Below are positions 19,694-29,160 of a stretch of DNA of 64,000 nt, one piece after another. The notes beneath the pieces are model-generated. The model did no database searches, had not been told where the DNA came from, and worked only from the letters and a program-made list of their open reading frames with translations. Source of the stretch: Minisyncoccota bacterium (GTDB lineage: Bacteria; Patescibacteriota; Minisyncoccia; UBA6257; JAVHQB01); the NCBI GenBank assembly GCA_036170905.1, contig JAVHQB010000093.1, positions 123 through 64,122 of the forward strand, written 5' to 3'. A program made the position numbers and the translations under genes. Numbering within the stretch: the stretch's first letter is position 1; each line of letters begins with the position of its first letter.

Positions 19694-20846
19694 TTTGGCC
19701 CCCTTGCAATAAATTAAAATATATTTCTTCGGTATGCTTAAGCATGCTACTTAATAAAAACTCTTCCGCATCTATTTTTTCCCTGGATAACTTTGAGAAT
19801 TCATATCTCTCTGGAGCATTGCTTAATAATTCCCCTACCCGATTCTGCATAGATTGTATATCACGCGTCTTAACCAAACAACCTGTTTTCCCGTTTACAA
19901 CAACCTCCCCGATGCCGCCGGTATCAGTAGCCACCAACGGAACTCCTGCAGCCATTGCTTCCAAGACTACTATCGGTAATCCTTCCCACAATGAAGTCAG
20001 CACAAAAATATCCAGGCAAGATAAAATCAAAGGTATATCATTATGCCAACCGGTTAAAATAACCTGCCCTTTTAAATTAAGTTTCTTTATCAGGGTACAA
20101 ACCTTCTGGCGTAACAAACCATCGCCAACCAGGATAAATTTAGCATCAGGAAAGTCCTTTTTAATTGCACCGGCTAATTTTATAAAATCCAAAGGAGATT
20201 TCTGGGGCTTAAAACAAGCGACCATACCCACCACTAAATCAAGATCGCTTAATCCCAGAGATTTCCTGGCTATAGAGCGTTTTTCCCTGCTCTTAAACTC
20301 ATTACAATTTATACTATATCTAATCAAGACATACTGACTTTTTTTACCAACCGAATTATTTAACCCCTTATCTTTATCGTACCTGGAAACTACGATTATT
20401 TTGCTTGTAAAAGTCGCGCAGACCTTTTCCAAAAACAGATAAAAATAATAAACAATCCTAGGTTGATAATCATGAAAACTCCAGCCGTGAACAGTATGGA
20501 TAATAACTGGTATTTTCGCAAATTTTGCAGCAAAACGTCCTAAAATCCCTGCCTTAGAACTATGCGTATGAACAATCTGTATTTTATTTTTTCTAATGAA
20601 ACTATACACTTCAACTAAAGCCAAGACATCTTTAAAAGGGTTTATCGAACGCTCTAAAAATCTTGACCTATGCAAAGTTAGCTTATCTATAGAGACTGCT
20701 TCATTGATTAATAAACCGTCTTTGGCAGTAAATAAAAAAATATTGTATTTTTCTTTATCCGAGCTGCTAATCAAGCTTAGTAATTGTTTCTGAGCGCCCC
20801 CCAATTCCAGCTTAGTAATAAGATAAAGAAGGTTAATTTTAGGCAT
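19686..20846 (-). CDS. GT4-family (GT-B) glycosyltransferase
   Basis: C-terminus SLWEGLPIVVLEAMAAGVPLVATDTGGIGEVV is the EX7E-type GT4 motif. Confidence 0.8.
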   Translation of the reverse strand: MPKINLLYLITKLELGGAQKQLLSLISSSDKEKYNIFLFTAKDGLLINEAVSIDKLTLHRSRFLERSINPFKDVLALVEVYSFIRKNKIQIVHTHSSKAGILGRFAAKFAKIPVIIHTVHGWSFHDYQPRIVYYFYLFLEKVCATFTSKIIVVSRYDKDKGLNNSVGKKSQYVLIRYSINCNEFKSREKRSIARKSLGLSDLDLVVGMVACFKPQKSPLDFIKLAGAIKKDFPDAKFILVGDGLLRQKVCTLIKKLNLKGQVILTGWHNDIPLILSCLDIFVLTSLWEGLPIVVLEAMAAGVPLVATDTGGIGEVVVNGKTGCLVKTRDIQSMQNRVGELLSNAPERYEFSKLSREKIDAEEFLLSSMLKHTEEIYFNLLQGGQNA

Positions 20847-21121
20847 TCTATAGACAAGTTAAAAGGTCATCTGCTCTAATCAATTCTATCATACTAGCCG
20901 CAGCTAAAGGAACTCTTTTATGACTCCTGAATTTATTTCTGATCTTGAACCATAGTTAACCCTAAGATTACCCACTATACAAAAACCACTTTAGGTAGAA
21001 AAAACGTAAAATCTAAAAAGTTATGAATTAAAAACGCGACGCTTGCTACAAACAATCCCGCAATCTGATTCTTATCAAATAAAGAGGAGAATGTCAAACT
21101 CGGCATACAGCTAAAAACCAA

Positions 21122-23221
21122 TCAATTACTAATAGCTCTATTAATTTGTTGTTCTCCATATTCCCAGCATTGCGCTAAATTGCGCTTTTGGTGTTTTTTA
21201 ATCTCAATACAGGATAAACTAAAAGCGGGAAAAGTGTGTGCAAAAGATGTTTTGGTATTTTTTAATTTTAGTCGTATTCCGGTAAAATAAGGTTGGCTGG
21301 TTTTATTTATCACCATAATAATGATATCGCCATTATTATTAGAGGCATAAACATTGAGCTTTTCCGGTAAAGTAGTTTTTGCGTCTAACAAGAAACCCTG
21401 AAAATGCTTACTGTATAAACCAAGAGGATAATATAAGGGTGTCAAGTTATCCAAGTCATCCAGAAGGGCGGTATATTGATCGGATGAATTTAAGACGAAT
21501 TGCATAAAATAATTAAGCTGGTACTTAGCCATAATTCCGTATAAATCAGCTAAATAGAGGACTTTGATTAAGGGGTCATATTCCACCATTGATTCAGCCT
21601 CAATATTAAATTCTGTCAATGCTAATTCCGTCCCCGCATAATTATTCTCGATTAACTTCTTAAGCCTGGGCAAGATTTCAGCAATAAAACCAAAAGGCAG
21701 ATGGTAATCGTATTTATTGCTGTAACCGGCATTCCACCAGCTTGGGGTAGAGCTAAGAATCGTAGCAATAGCTTGCCGATGTTTCCCGGTTAAGTGATCA
21801 ACAAAGGAAGGAAAATAATGAAAGCTTAAGACGTCAAGAATCCTTATGCTTTGGGGATTTTCCTTTTGATTATTTTGAAAAGTATTGCATTTTTGCAAGA
21901 AATCACCTATGCCGGTTAACTGCATATCTTCCAGGCAAAAAGACGGGGCAAAAATCTTGATTTTTAAATTCGGGTTGATTTCATTCTGAGTCTTTTTCAA
22001 AGCAACGGAGATCTTCTTAAATAAGTTAAAATATTCTTCCGTTGAACAGGGAGTTTTTCTGGCGTCAAAGTGAACCTTATGCCAAATAAATGGCTCGTTG
22101 CCTATTTCGAAAAATTTGACATTATACTTTTTTGCCTGATTAAGATACCGCAAAAAATCTGCGGCGTCTTGCTCACTTATACATTGAGTAAATTTTCCTG
22201 CATTTTTCCCTTCCGGGGCATAACCTAAAGCATTAATCTGAATTAATGGCTCTGCCCCGATACGCCGGCAATAGGCAATAAATTCATCTAAATTTGTCAT
22301 GGTAATCAATCGATTGTTTCCGGGAAAAGTATATTTTCCATTACGCCAATTATACCTATCCATAAACGGTCCGCCTGCCCGTAAAATCTTTAATTTCAAC
22401 GCAGCTACCTTCTTTTCACTAGGTAAATTCAACCAAACTCCCCAATTCGCTCCAAAAAGATACGGGGAAACTTTCTGTTTATTTGGTAGGGAGTTATCAA
22501 TGATAATTTCAGCCTGGACTTGTTTAGGGGAGTATCCCTCCAGATCTAATAAGTAGGATCCGGGAGGACTACTGCGCATCTGAGCAAGATCCATAGAACC
22601 AGCAAGATTATCCTGTGAAAGCTTGGCCTCAAACAACATAATCCTACCCCACTGGTTATCTCTCCCTTTGGCATGCAACCCAAAGGACTTAACCTTATTC
22701 CATTCCAGGGATTGGCTGTAGCCTGGATTGCGCGGCTGCCAATCTGAAGCTATTTTAAAATCGGAAAAGGGCAGATAAATTTTTTGCCTTTTGCCTGTTA
22801 ATAAGAATCGGCTCATTAATGGCTTAGAGCTTCCTAAATTCTGGTCTTCAACAAAAAAATAAAAATAGATTTCTTTACCAGATTCGCCTTGAATATCAAG
22901 GGTAATCCCTTTAAACCCGCTGAAATCGGCGATTTTAACCAAAGGAACAAAAAAATCAATCTCCGGCCAAAGCCACGCCTTGGTTGCTTTAAGTTGGTAA
23001 ATAAATTCTCTTGGACGGTTATCTTCTTTGAATTTATTCACCCAGCCACGTGATGCCCCAGGCCAGCCTGAGTCGGTAGTTACCTGCCAATCATTGTTTT
23101 TTGGATCTAAAAGAGATAGCTCGCCTGCCAAAACAATATCGTAACACCTACCCCATATTGTTAAAAAAAATAATGAAGTAGAAATCTTTAATAAAAGCCT
23201 TTTGCTACAGGGCTTAATCAT
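21122..23221 (-). CDS. Secreted glycoside hydrolase, clan GH-A (beta/alpha)8 barrel, with an N-terminal beta-rich domain; family not resolved
   Basis: N-terminal signal peptide. FFEIGNEPF is an NEP catalytic acid/base-type motif. 699 aa. Confidence 0.45.
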   Translation of the reverse strand: MIKPCSKRLLLKISTSLFFLTIWGRCYDIVLAGELSLLDPKNNDWQVTTDSGWPGASRGWVNKFKEDNRPREFIYQLKATKAWLWPEIDFFVPLVKIADFSGFKGITLDIQGESGKEIYFYFFVEDQNLGSSKPLMSRFLLTGKRQKIYLPFSDFKIASDWQPRNPGYSQSLEWNKVKSFGLHAKGRDNQWGRIMLFEAKLSQDNLAGSMDLAQMRSSPPGSYLLDLEGYSPKQVQAEIIIDNSLPNKQKVSPYLFGANWGVWLNLPSEKKVAALKLKILRAGGPFMDRYNWRNGKYTFPGNNRLITMTNLDEFIAYCRRIGAEPLIQINALGYAPEGKNAGKFTQCISEQDAADFLRYLNQAKKYNVKFFEIGNEPFIWHKVHFDARKTPCSTEEYFNLFKKISVALKKTQNEINPNLKIKIFAPSFCLEDMQLTGIGDFLQKCNTFQNNQKENPQSIRILDVLSFHYFPSFVDHLTGKHRQAIATILSSTPSWWNAGYSNKYDYHLPFGFIAEILPRLKKLIENNYAGTELALTEFNIEAESMVEYDPLIKVLYLADLYGIMAKYQLNYFMQFVLNSSDQYTALLDDLDNLTPLYYPLGLYSKHFQGFLLDAKTTLPEKLNVYASNNNGDIIIMVINKTSQPYFTGIRLKLKNTKTSFAHTFPAFSLSCIEIKKHQKRNLAQCWEYGEQQINRAISN

Positions 23222-23276
23222 AATAAGTCCCTCAATACAAACCCTGCCATGAACATAAGAGTACTCGCCTTTTTCT

Positions 23277-24305
23277 TTATTGCGCTTTTAGGGCTTTAGG
23301 AATTCTTTCAAATAACTTGAAAATTATAAATAAAACAACGGGAAATATTGTAGGCACCATAACACTTTTGCCATATATTAATAGGCATAAACAAAAAAAG
23401 ATTAGCCAAAGAAGCTTTATTCTTGGAATAGCCAACAAAATTAAAACAAAAAGAGGAAAAATAGAAATTACTAATTGCATATTTTTTAATTTTACCATAC
23501 TTAAGAATATCAAAACCGCTACTAAATTAAAGACTACTAAAAAAAGTAGGCTATCTATTAGCTTATAACTAAGAACTGGAATCTTTTTGCTAAATTTTAA
23601 AACCGGGAACTCAAATTTTAGAGGCAGCAAAAAAGATAATACTATCAATAAACAAAACATTATTCGTTCTTCTACTATGCGGGGTAAATCTGAGCCTCCG
23701 GAAAAAACTATGCTCCAGGTACGTATAAAATATATGAGAAAAAATAGGCATTTCCAATCGAATTTTTTAAATTTTGAACACTCTATAAGAAAATATACCG
23801 CTAAAAAATGGATCGCAAAATAAAACCAGGCCTCTATAGCAAAAAAATGGGCATTCCCGACTAAAAAATCAGAAAAACGGCCATCATAAAATTTCCATCT
23901 CCACCACCCCATATTTACCCCAACCGTCTCCACTGCATAAGATATGCTAGCTGCTATTATACCGGCAAACAAAAGTGTAGGAAAAATCTTATTGTTAAAA
24001 TAATCTAATCTTTTGGTAATTTTCTCAGCAATCGACCAGGCAATATAAAAAGTGAACATCCAGCCGAATATTACAGTTAAAAACGAAATTAAAAAAGGGA
24101 TATTTACCTGCGGGAAGAAAAAAGGTGAACCTTTTAACATAAGAGATTGAGAGCTAAAAAATGTTCCGATTTCCTTTCTCAAAGCTGCAATTAACGCAAA
24201 TAAAAAGAAATTGAACGTTAATCTAAAGCCTCGTTTAAAATAAGAATGAATTATCAATAAAGTAACGCTTATTAAAACAACAATGAGTAGCCCGATTGTA
24301 TTCAT
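23277..24305 (-). CDS. Multi-pass membrane protein, paralog family member 1 of 4; function unknown
   Basis: The four paralogs share these motifs: RxxLTFNFFxFA, GWxFTFxxAWxIAEK, GWWRW and FLIECSKFKKxDWKxxFFLxPFI. Confidence 0.5.
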   Translation of the reverse strand: MNTIGLLIVVLISVTLLIIHSYFKRGFRLTFNFFLFALIAALRKEIGTFFSSQSLMLKGSPFFFPQVNIPFLISFLTVIFGWMFTFYIAWSIAEKITKRLDYFNNKIFPTLLFAGIIAASISYAVETVGVNMGWWRWKFYDGRFSDFLVGNAHFFAIEAWFYFAIHFLAVYFLIECSKFKKFDWKCLFFLIYFIRTWSIVFSGGSDLPRIVEERIMFCLLIVLSFLLPLKFEFPVLKFSKKIPVLSYKLIDSLLFLVVFNLVAVLIFLSMVKLKNMQLVISIFPLFVLILLAIPRIKLLWLIFFCLCLLIYGKSVMVPTIFPVVLFIIFKLFERIPKALKAQ

Positions 24306-24961
24306 TCTTTTAATTTCTCTGAATAATCAAATCTAAGATTTGTGAAAAATAACAAACTGATTAATAATATCAAAACAATGTATTCTATTAGAAACAATAC
24401 CTGTCCTTCTTTAAATATTCTAAAACACCATGCTGGAATAAACGGTAAGATAAAAAATATCGTTTTCCAATCATATTTTTTAAACTTAGAATGCACGATT
24501 AGAAAAAACGCGCTTAAAAAATATACACAAAAGAAAAACCATTGTAGAATAACGAATAATAAGGCACCCTGATCCTTTTGCCACCACCCCAGATAGACAG
24601 TAGTTACGCCAATTAGATAAATAAAACAAGCGCAGATAACCCCGGAAATTAGTGTTACCGGCAATATTTTTTCTTTTAAACGATAAAAAACCTGCGTTAA
24701 TTTTTCAGCCGCTAGCCAACTAGCATATAATACAGATAATCCTAAGCAAGCCGTAGCCAAAGAAAGACCTACCGATAGAATTTTAGGTTTTATATCCAAA
24801 TTTATAAAAGATAACCCCGGAGACTCTCCTTTTGTAAAAATAAGCAAAAAGGCAAAGAAGAAGAAATTTAATGTTACAAAAAAACCTCTAAGCCGATAAG
24901 AATGGGTAAACAATAACAGCAATAAAGAAAGGCTAATGAATAAAAAAATAATTATATCCAT
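24302..24961 (-). CDS. Multi-pass membrane protein, paralog family member 2 of 4; function unknown
   Basis: Same motif set: GFFVTLNFFFFAF, ASWLAAEK, GWWQK, FLIVHSKFKKYDWKTIFFILPFI. Confidence 0.5.
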   Translation of the reverse strand: MDIIIFLFISLSLLLLLFTHSYRLRGFFVTLNFFFFAFLLIFTKGESPGLSFINLDIKPKILSVGLSLATACLGLSVLYASWLAAEKLTQVFYRLKEKILPVTLISGVICACFIYLIGVTTVYLGWWQKDQGALLFVILQWFFFCVYFLSAFFLIVHSKFKKYDWKTIFFILPFIPAWCFRIFKEGQVLFLIEYIVLILLISLLFFTNLRFDYSEKLKE

Positions 24962-24986
24962 ACTTAATTTTTAAAAAGAGGATACA

Positions 24987-26174
24987 TTAAAACCAATTAA
25001 ACATTTTTCCTGAGATAAGCTGGTTCAGGAATTTATCATATTCATTGATCAAACCTTTGTACGCATCCTGGTCTTTGATTTTAATTACCTTTTTAGCTAT
25101 CTGGTCGCAATATTTACATTCTGCGCATCCTATTAAGTTGCAATTATTATTTTTTAAGAAATACTCCAGGAAACCATCTAAGGCTCGATTGTCTATATAA
25201 ATCTCAGCTTCCTTTATAAGTTTCTTGGCTTTGATTAGCCTGAATAGATTAACTGAAAATGGGCGGAAAAAATACCTGAACTTATACAATAAATTTGGTT
25301 TTTGCAGAATAAATGTCCTAGAGGGATGGGAAAAAAGATCCAGTAAATTCCCATCATAACGTTGATTAGTATATGCTTCCACTATCGCCTGTATTCTTTC
25401 AGTAGACATAGTCCGATTAACTAATTTGATCATATCTATGCCGATATCTTGATAATAATGTAAATCCTCCGGGCGGATCCATTCGGAGCGGATTAAGTTT
25501 TCCGGCTGCTTCAATTTTAGATAACTGCACATTATAAATGAATAATCCAGCGAGAACCTTTTGCTTTCTTTATTTAACTGCGAACTATGCGAACTACAAT
25601 TACTGTGATAGAGCCAAAAAGGACAATTTTTTAGACAATGGAGATTAGCAATTAACTGGAGTTTACATTTTAAATTTTTTCTAATCGCTTCTAGCAACTT
25701 AAAATCCCTATTTACCTTATGCACTGATAAGGTAATTTTATCTGCACCTAAATCCTCCCAAAATTTCGCTTCCTCAATCGTGCTAACACCTGCTTGCGTG
25801 GAGATATTTACTTTAAATTCTGGATATCGTTTTTTGATTAACTGCAAAAGGTAGGAGACAGATACTGTAACGCTATCAACATTAACGGCTTGGAGCCAAT
25901 CTAGAAGTTTGCAAATATTTATTTGCCCCCTTCTGGACCACTCCATATTTCCTAAACAAGTGCTGTTTAATAGATAATTAAACTTTAATTTATAACTATG
26001 TACGGTGGCAATATACTTTCTTACGCTTTCTTTTGAAACCTGCGGCAGAATAAAGGATACCCGGCCGCCCCCTATTACATCTCTGGCTAATTTACCGTAT
26101 ATTTCTTCGACGTTATCTTTCTTGATTTTATGAATTAATCCAATATCCCAATTCGAAGGAATAGATAACCTCAT
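24987..26174 (-). CDS. Peptidase-U32-family-like protein (TrhP/RlhA/UbiU-type Fe-S enzyme family); paralog of 38146-39333 and 39311-40405
   Basis: The layout VDSVTVSVSYLL...VNISTQAGVST...LGADKITLS...LQLIANLHCLKNCPF parallels the U32 core VDAVIVQDLGLL...LHASTQ...LGVKRVVL...GALC. Confidence 0.45.
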   Translation of the reverse strand: MRLSIPSNWDIGLIHKIKKDNVEEIYGKLARDVIGGGRVSFILPQVSKESVRKYIATVHSYKLKFNYLLNSTCLGNMEWSRRGQINICKLLDWLQAVNVDSVTVSVSYLLQLIKKRYPEFKVNISTQAGVSTIEEAKFWEDLGADKITLSVHKVNRDFKLLEAIRKNLKCKLQLIANLHCLKNCPFWLYHSNCSSHSSQLNKESKRFSLDYSFIMCSYLKLKQPENLIRSEWIRPEDLHYYQDIGIDMIKLVNRTMSTERIQAIVEAYTNQRYDGNLLDLFSHPSRTFILQKPNLLYKFRYFFRPFSVNLFRLIKAKKLIKEAEIYIDNRALDGFLEYFLKNNNCNLIGCAECKYCDQIAKKVIKIKDQDAYKGLINEYDKFLNQLISGKMFNWF

Positions 26175-26295
26175 ATATCCTCTTTGGCGGTTGGAGACTT
26201 TGGTTAAGTTATTTGACTTTTTTCAACTAAATTATGCTCTAAATTCCTTATTAATACAAGAAGATTTAAGAACAATTATGTCTTGTAACGTAATT

Positions 26296-27123
26296 TCAAT
26301 GTTGATTATTGTGCGTATCGCCAGCATAAACTATTCTGTCTATCCTAGAATGTTTGATATCTTCAGGTAATGAATAATTTTTATAAAAAAGAGCGTTTCC
26401 GCGCATGAATATAGGACTTTTTATATTCTTATTAAAAATTTCTATAGTTGCGCAACGCTTATTAATACAGCTTGAGAATCTAAGTCCCTCACCAGGGCGC
26501 TTCATGTTAAATTTACAATAACGGCTTAAGGTAATGTAAACAAAAGGGATATGTAAAGAAAAATTAAATCCATTATTTATATCAGTTAAATCTAACCCTT
26601 GCGATACATTATCTAGTTCAATTCTTTTGACATTTTCTTGATGCAAAAAATTTAACAGGGATTTGTTCAGCCCTATGTCCCTGACTCTTTTTCTTGCCTG
26701 CGCAGGGAAAGTACCGATAAATTCAGCTATTCTGGGGTCGCGTTTTTGTTTCACCAATAAACGTCCCAGAGCCATCTTTAGAGGCAAATCCCTGCATACC
26801 CTATACATTCCCCAGTCATTTATGATAATCTCTGGCTCCGGGCATCCCTGTATGATATGTTCGATAATCTGTCTATATTGAAATATTTCGCTATCATTAC
26901 AATAAGAGGTTACCATTGTTAATGCTATGTTTTTTGCGTGAACAAATTCTACTATCTTTTCAAATTCACCCAAAGGAGGAATCCGCCAGTTGCAAAACTC
27001 GTTACCAAAATACAACCGGGTATATTGCGGATGCCATAGTTTTAATTCCGATAATTCGTTAATCTGCAATGCTTGTTCCATAATATTCTTATTCAGAAAA
27101 ATAATAACAATGATCAGATGCAC
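26296..27123 (-). CDS. UbiV-like short U32-family protein, putative partner of the adjacent UbiU-like protein; the true start is probably the internal Met (MEQALQ)
   Basis: RLYFGNEFCNWR resembles the UbiV N-terminus VIYLGEAVCSKR. The C-terminal 4-Cys segment CKFNMKRPGEGLRFSSCINKRC sits in the same place as the UbiV cluster ligands. It overlaps the next gene by 35 nt. Confidence 0.5.
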   Translation of the reverse strand: MHLIIVIIFLNKNIMEQALQINELSELKLWHPQYTRLYFGNEFCNWRIPPLGEFEKIVEFVHAKNIALTMVTSYCNDSEIFQYRQIIEHIIQGCPEPEIIINDWGMYRVCRDLPLKMALGRLLVKQKRDPRIAEFIGTFPAQARKRVRDIGLNKSLLNFLHQENVKRIELDNVSQGLDLTDINNGFNFSLHIPFVYITLSRYCKFNMKRPGEGLRFSSCINKRCATIEIFNKNIKSPIFMRGNALFYKNYSLPEDIKHSRIDRIVYAGDTHNNQH

Positions 27124-28114
27124 ATTTTCTGTATCTTGATCTTACTATATTCTTTGCCTTGAATATAAAATCTTGCTTGCTTATTTTATCATCTAATAAG
27201 TTGATTACTTCTTTAAGCAGTGCCACATTATTAATTTGATCGGTCAATATAGACCTACCTGCAATTTTGACATGGGAAATACCTAGTTTATAGAAATCAT
27301 ATATATTGCATATCCCGCAGGCATATAGAAAAGTCTGGGCTGTGTTAAAAATAATCCTGTTTTCTTCTTTATTAATTCCTTTTGTATGGAAAGGAAAACA
27401 ACAGGCGTGGCTATTTCTAACCATATGCCTATTGATCAATTGCAAAACTCCCTGAGGAAAAAACCGGACATATTTTTTTATTATCCTGGTTAAAAAAGAC
27501 TGCTGGTTGCAATTATTAATATTGGCAAGATTCCCATGCTGAAAAGAACAGTAACCATCGAGATTATAACATTTTTCATTTAGAACAAAAGCTTCCATAT
27601 TTAGCTCTCCTGGAGCCGAATCTTTCAATGCTTTTATCTCTTCTATATTCAAATGTCGATGCAGGATAATCCGTGATATCCCAAACTCTGCATATAGCTC
27701 AATCGCCCGGGAATTAAAAACTGTCGCACAAGAACTCAAATATAGCTTTATTTTTTTAAATTTATCCCTAAGCATTAATATCAATCCCAAATCTGCTACG
27801 AGTAAAGCGTCTACACCGCAATTTAGGGCTTCCTCAGCCTGACGCATGACTGCCAGAGATTGATTTTCATTATAAAATTCATTCAAAGTCAATATTAAGG
27901 GAACACTGTGGCGGTGGGCTATTTGGATTGCTTGCTTTAGCTCTGTTAAGTTGTTTAAGTTTGAAAATATATTTTCTCTCCTATTCAAACACGCCGAACT
28001 CGCATATTCCTGCCATTGAGTTTGGTCTATTAAACCGCAGTATAACTCATCCGCGCCTGCGCTGATCAGGCCTTCTATCTCATTAAGTCGGTTTAAAGGT
28101 GCTACTATTTTCAT
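27089..28114 (-). CDS. UbiU-like U32-family protein (O2-independent hydroxylase family)
   Basis: MKIVAPLNRLNEIEGLISAGADELYCGLIDQT matches MELLCPAGNL..AIENGADAVYIGLKDDT. VDALLVADLGLILML matches ADALILADLAMLEY. FVLNEKCYNLDGYCSF matches FAFGSLCIMSEGRCYL. The C-terminus ACGICNI adds further cysteines. Confidence 0.65.
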   Translation of the reverse strand: MKIVAPLNRLNEIEGLISAGADELYCGLIDQTQWQEYASSACLNRRENIFSNLNNLTELKQAIQIAHRHSVPLILTLNEFYNENQSLAVMRQAEEALNCGVDALLVADLGLILMLRDKFKKIKLYLSSCATVFNSRAIELYAEFGISRIILHRHLNIEEIKALKDSAPGELNMEAFVLNEKCYNLDGYCSFQHGNLANINNCNQQSFLTRIIKKYVRFFPQGVLQLINRHMVRNSHACCFPFHTKGINKEENRIIFNTAQTFLYACGICNIYDFYKLGISHVKIAGRSILTDQINNVALLKEVINLLDDKISKQDFIFKAKNIVRSRYRKCASDHCYYFSE

Positions 28115-29148
28115 ATCTTTTCCAGGCCCTTTCTATCAAAAGAGGCTTTGTCCCTGGTTAAAATTTTTAATAAGATTACCGAGATAACCGGTATTACCGC
28201 TAATAAAGCAAGTTCCTTAAACAATAGCCAACAGATAAGAACAAGAAACATTATTACTGTCAGGGGGATTTTTTTTATAGCCAGCAATATAAGAAATAAC
28301 AACGGAAAAAGCGATATAAGTAATTTTACATCTTTTGCCTTGGTTAAATCAAAAAACACCAAAATAAACAACAAAAGAAAGGTAATTAACATCGGCAATA
28401 ATTCTAGCCATTTATGCTTTAAAAAACGCGGTAAACCGGGCAATCTGGCTTCTGCATAATCAAAGCGTAATGAACTCGTAAAAGCAAGAATAAGCATGGC
28501 TATTAAAGCTGTATATTCCACACTTACTCTAACAGATTCGGGCTTAAAATCTGCTGTAAGACTATGTAGAAAAGGAATGAGAAAAAATATCCCTTTCCAA
28601 CTCATTTTTCTGAATTTCGAACAATTAATCAAAAAATAAGGAGCAAATAAATATTGGGTGGGAAAATGCATCCAGGTTATTATTGTGATAAAAGGAACGC
28701 CCACTAAAAATCTAGCCATTCTTATGTCTTCCATAGTCCAGCGCCACCAGCCAATACCGATTGCTGTAGCTTCCACCGCATAACCAATACTTGCCGTTAC
28801 CAAACCAATTAGAAGTAAGATAGAAAAAATATACCCTTTCCCAAAACTCAGCCTCTGAGAAATTTTATCGGCAATATACCAAGCTAAACAAAAAGTAAAA
28901 ACCCAGCCAAACATTGCCAGAAAAGTATTTACAATAACCGAGGAATGACCTTTTAGAAATTCATATGGCATAGCCGGATTTTTTGTCCATATACCATTTA
29001 TACGCATAGGGCCTTCTTTTAGCGAAGCGATAAAAAAAGCGAAAAAGAAAAAATTAAAGGTCGCCCTTGTTCCGTACTTAAAATACGCATACAATATAAA
29101 TACGCCTATACTCAAAATACATATTAGAATTGTAAAGATTACGCTCAT
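28111..29148 (-). CDS. Multi-pass membrane protein, paralog family member 3 of 4; function unknown
   Basis: Motifs: GTRATFNFFFFAF, GWVFTFCLAWYIADK, GWWRWTMEDIR, FLINCSKFRKMSWKGIFFLIPFL. Confidence 0.5.
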   Translation of the reverse strand: MSVIFTILICILSIGVFILYAYFKYGTRATFNFFFFAFFIASLKEGPMRINGIWTKNPAMPYEFLKGHSSVIVNTFLAMFGWVFTFCLAWYIADKISQRLSFGKGYIFSILLLIGLVTASIGYAVEATAIGIGWWRWTMEDIRMARFLVGVPFITIITWMHFPTQYLFAPYFLINCSKFRKMSWKGIFFLIPFLHSLTADFKPESVRVSVEYTALIAMLILAFTSSLRFDYAEARLPGLPRFLKHKWLELLPMLITFLLLFILVFFDLTKAKDVKLLISLFPLLFLILLAIKKIPLTVIMFLVLICWLLFKELALLAVIPVISVILLKILTRDKASFDRKGLEKI

Positions 29149-29160
29149 CGGATCAATTCC

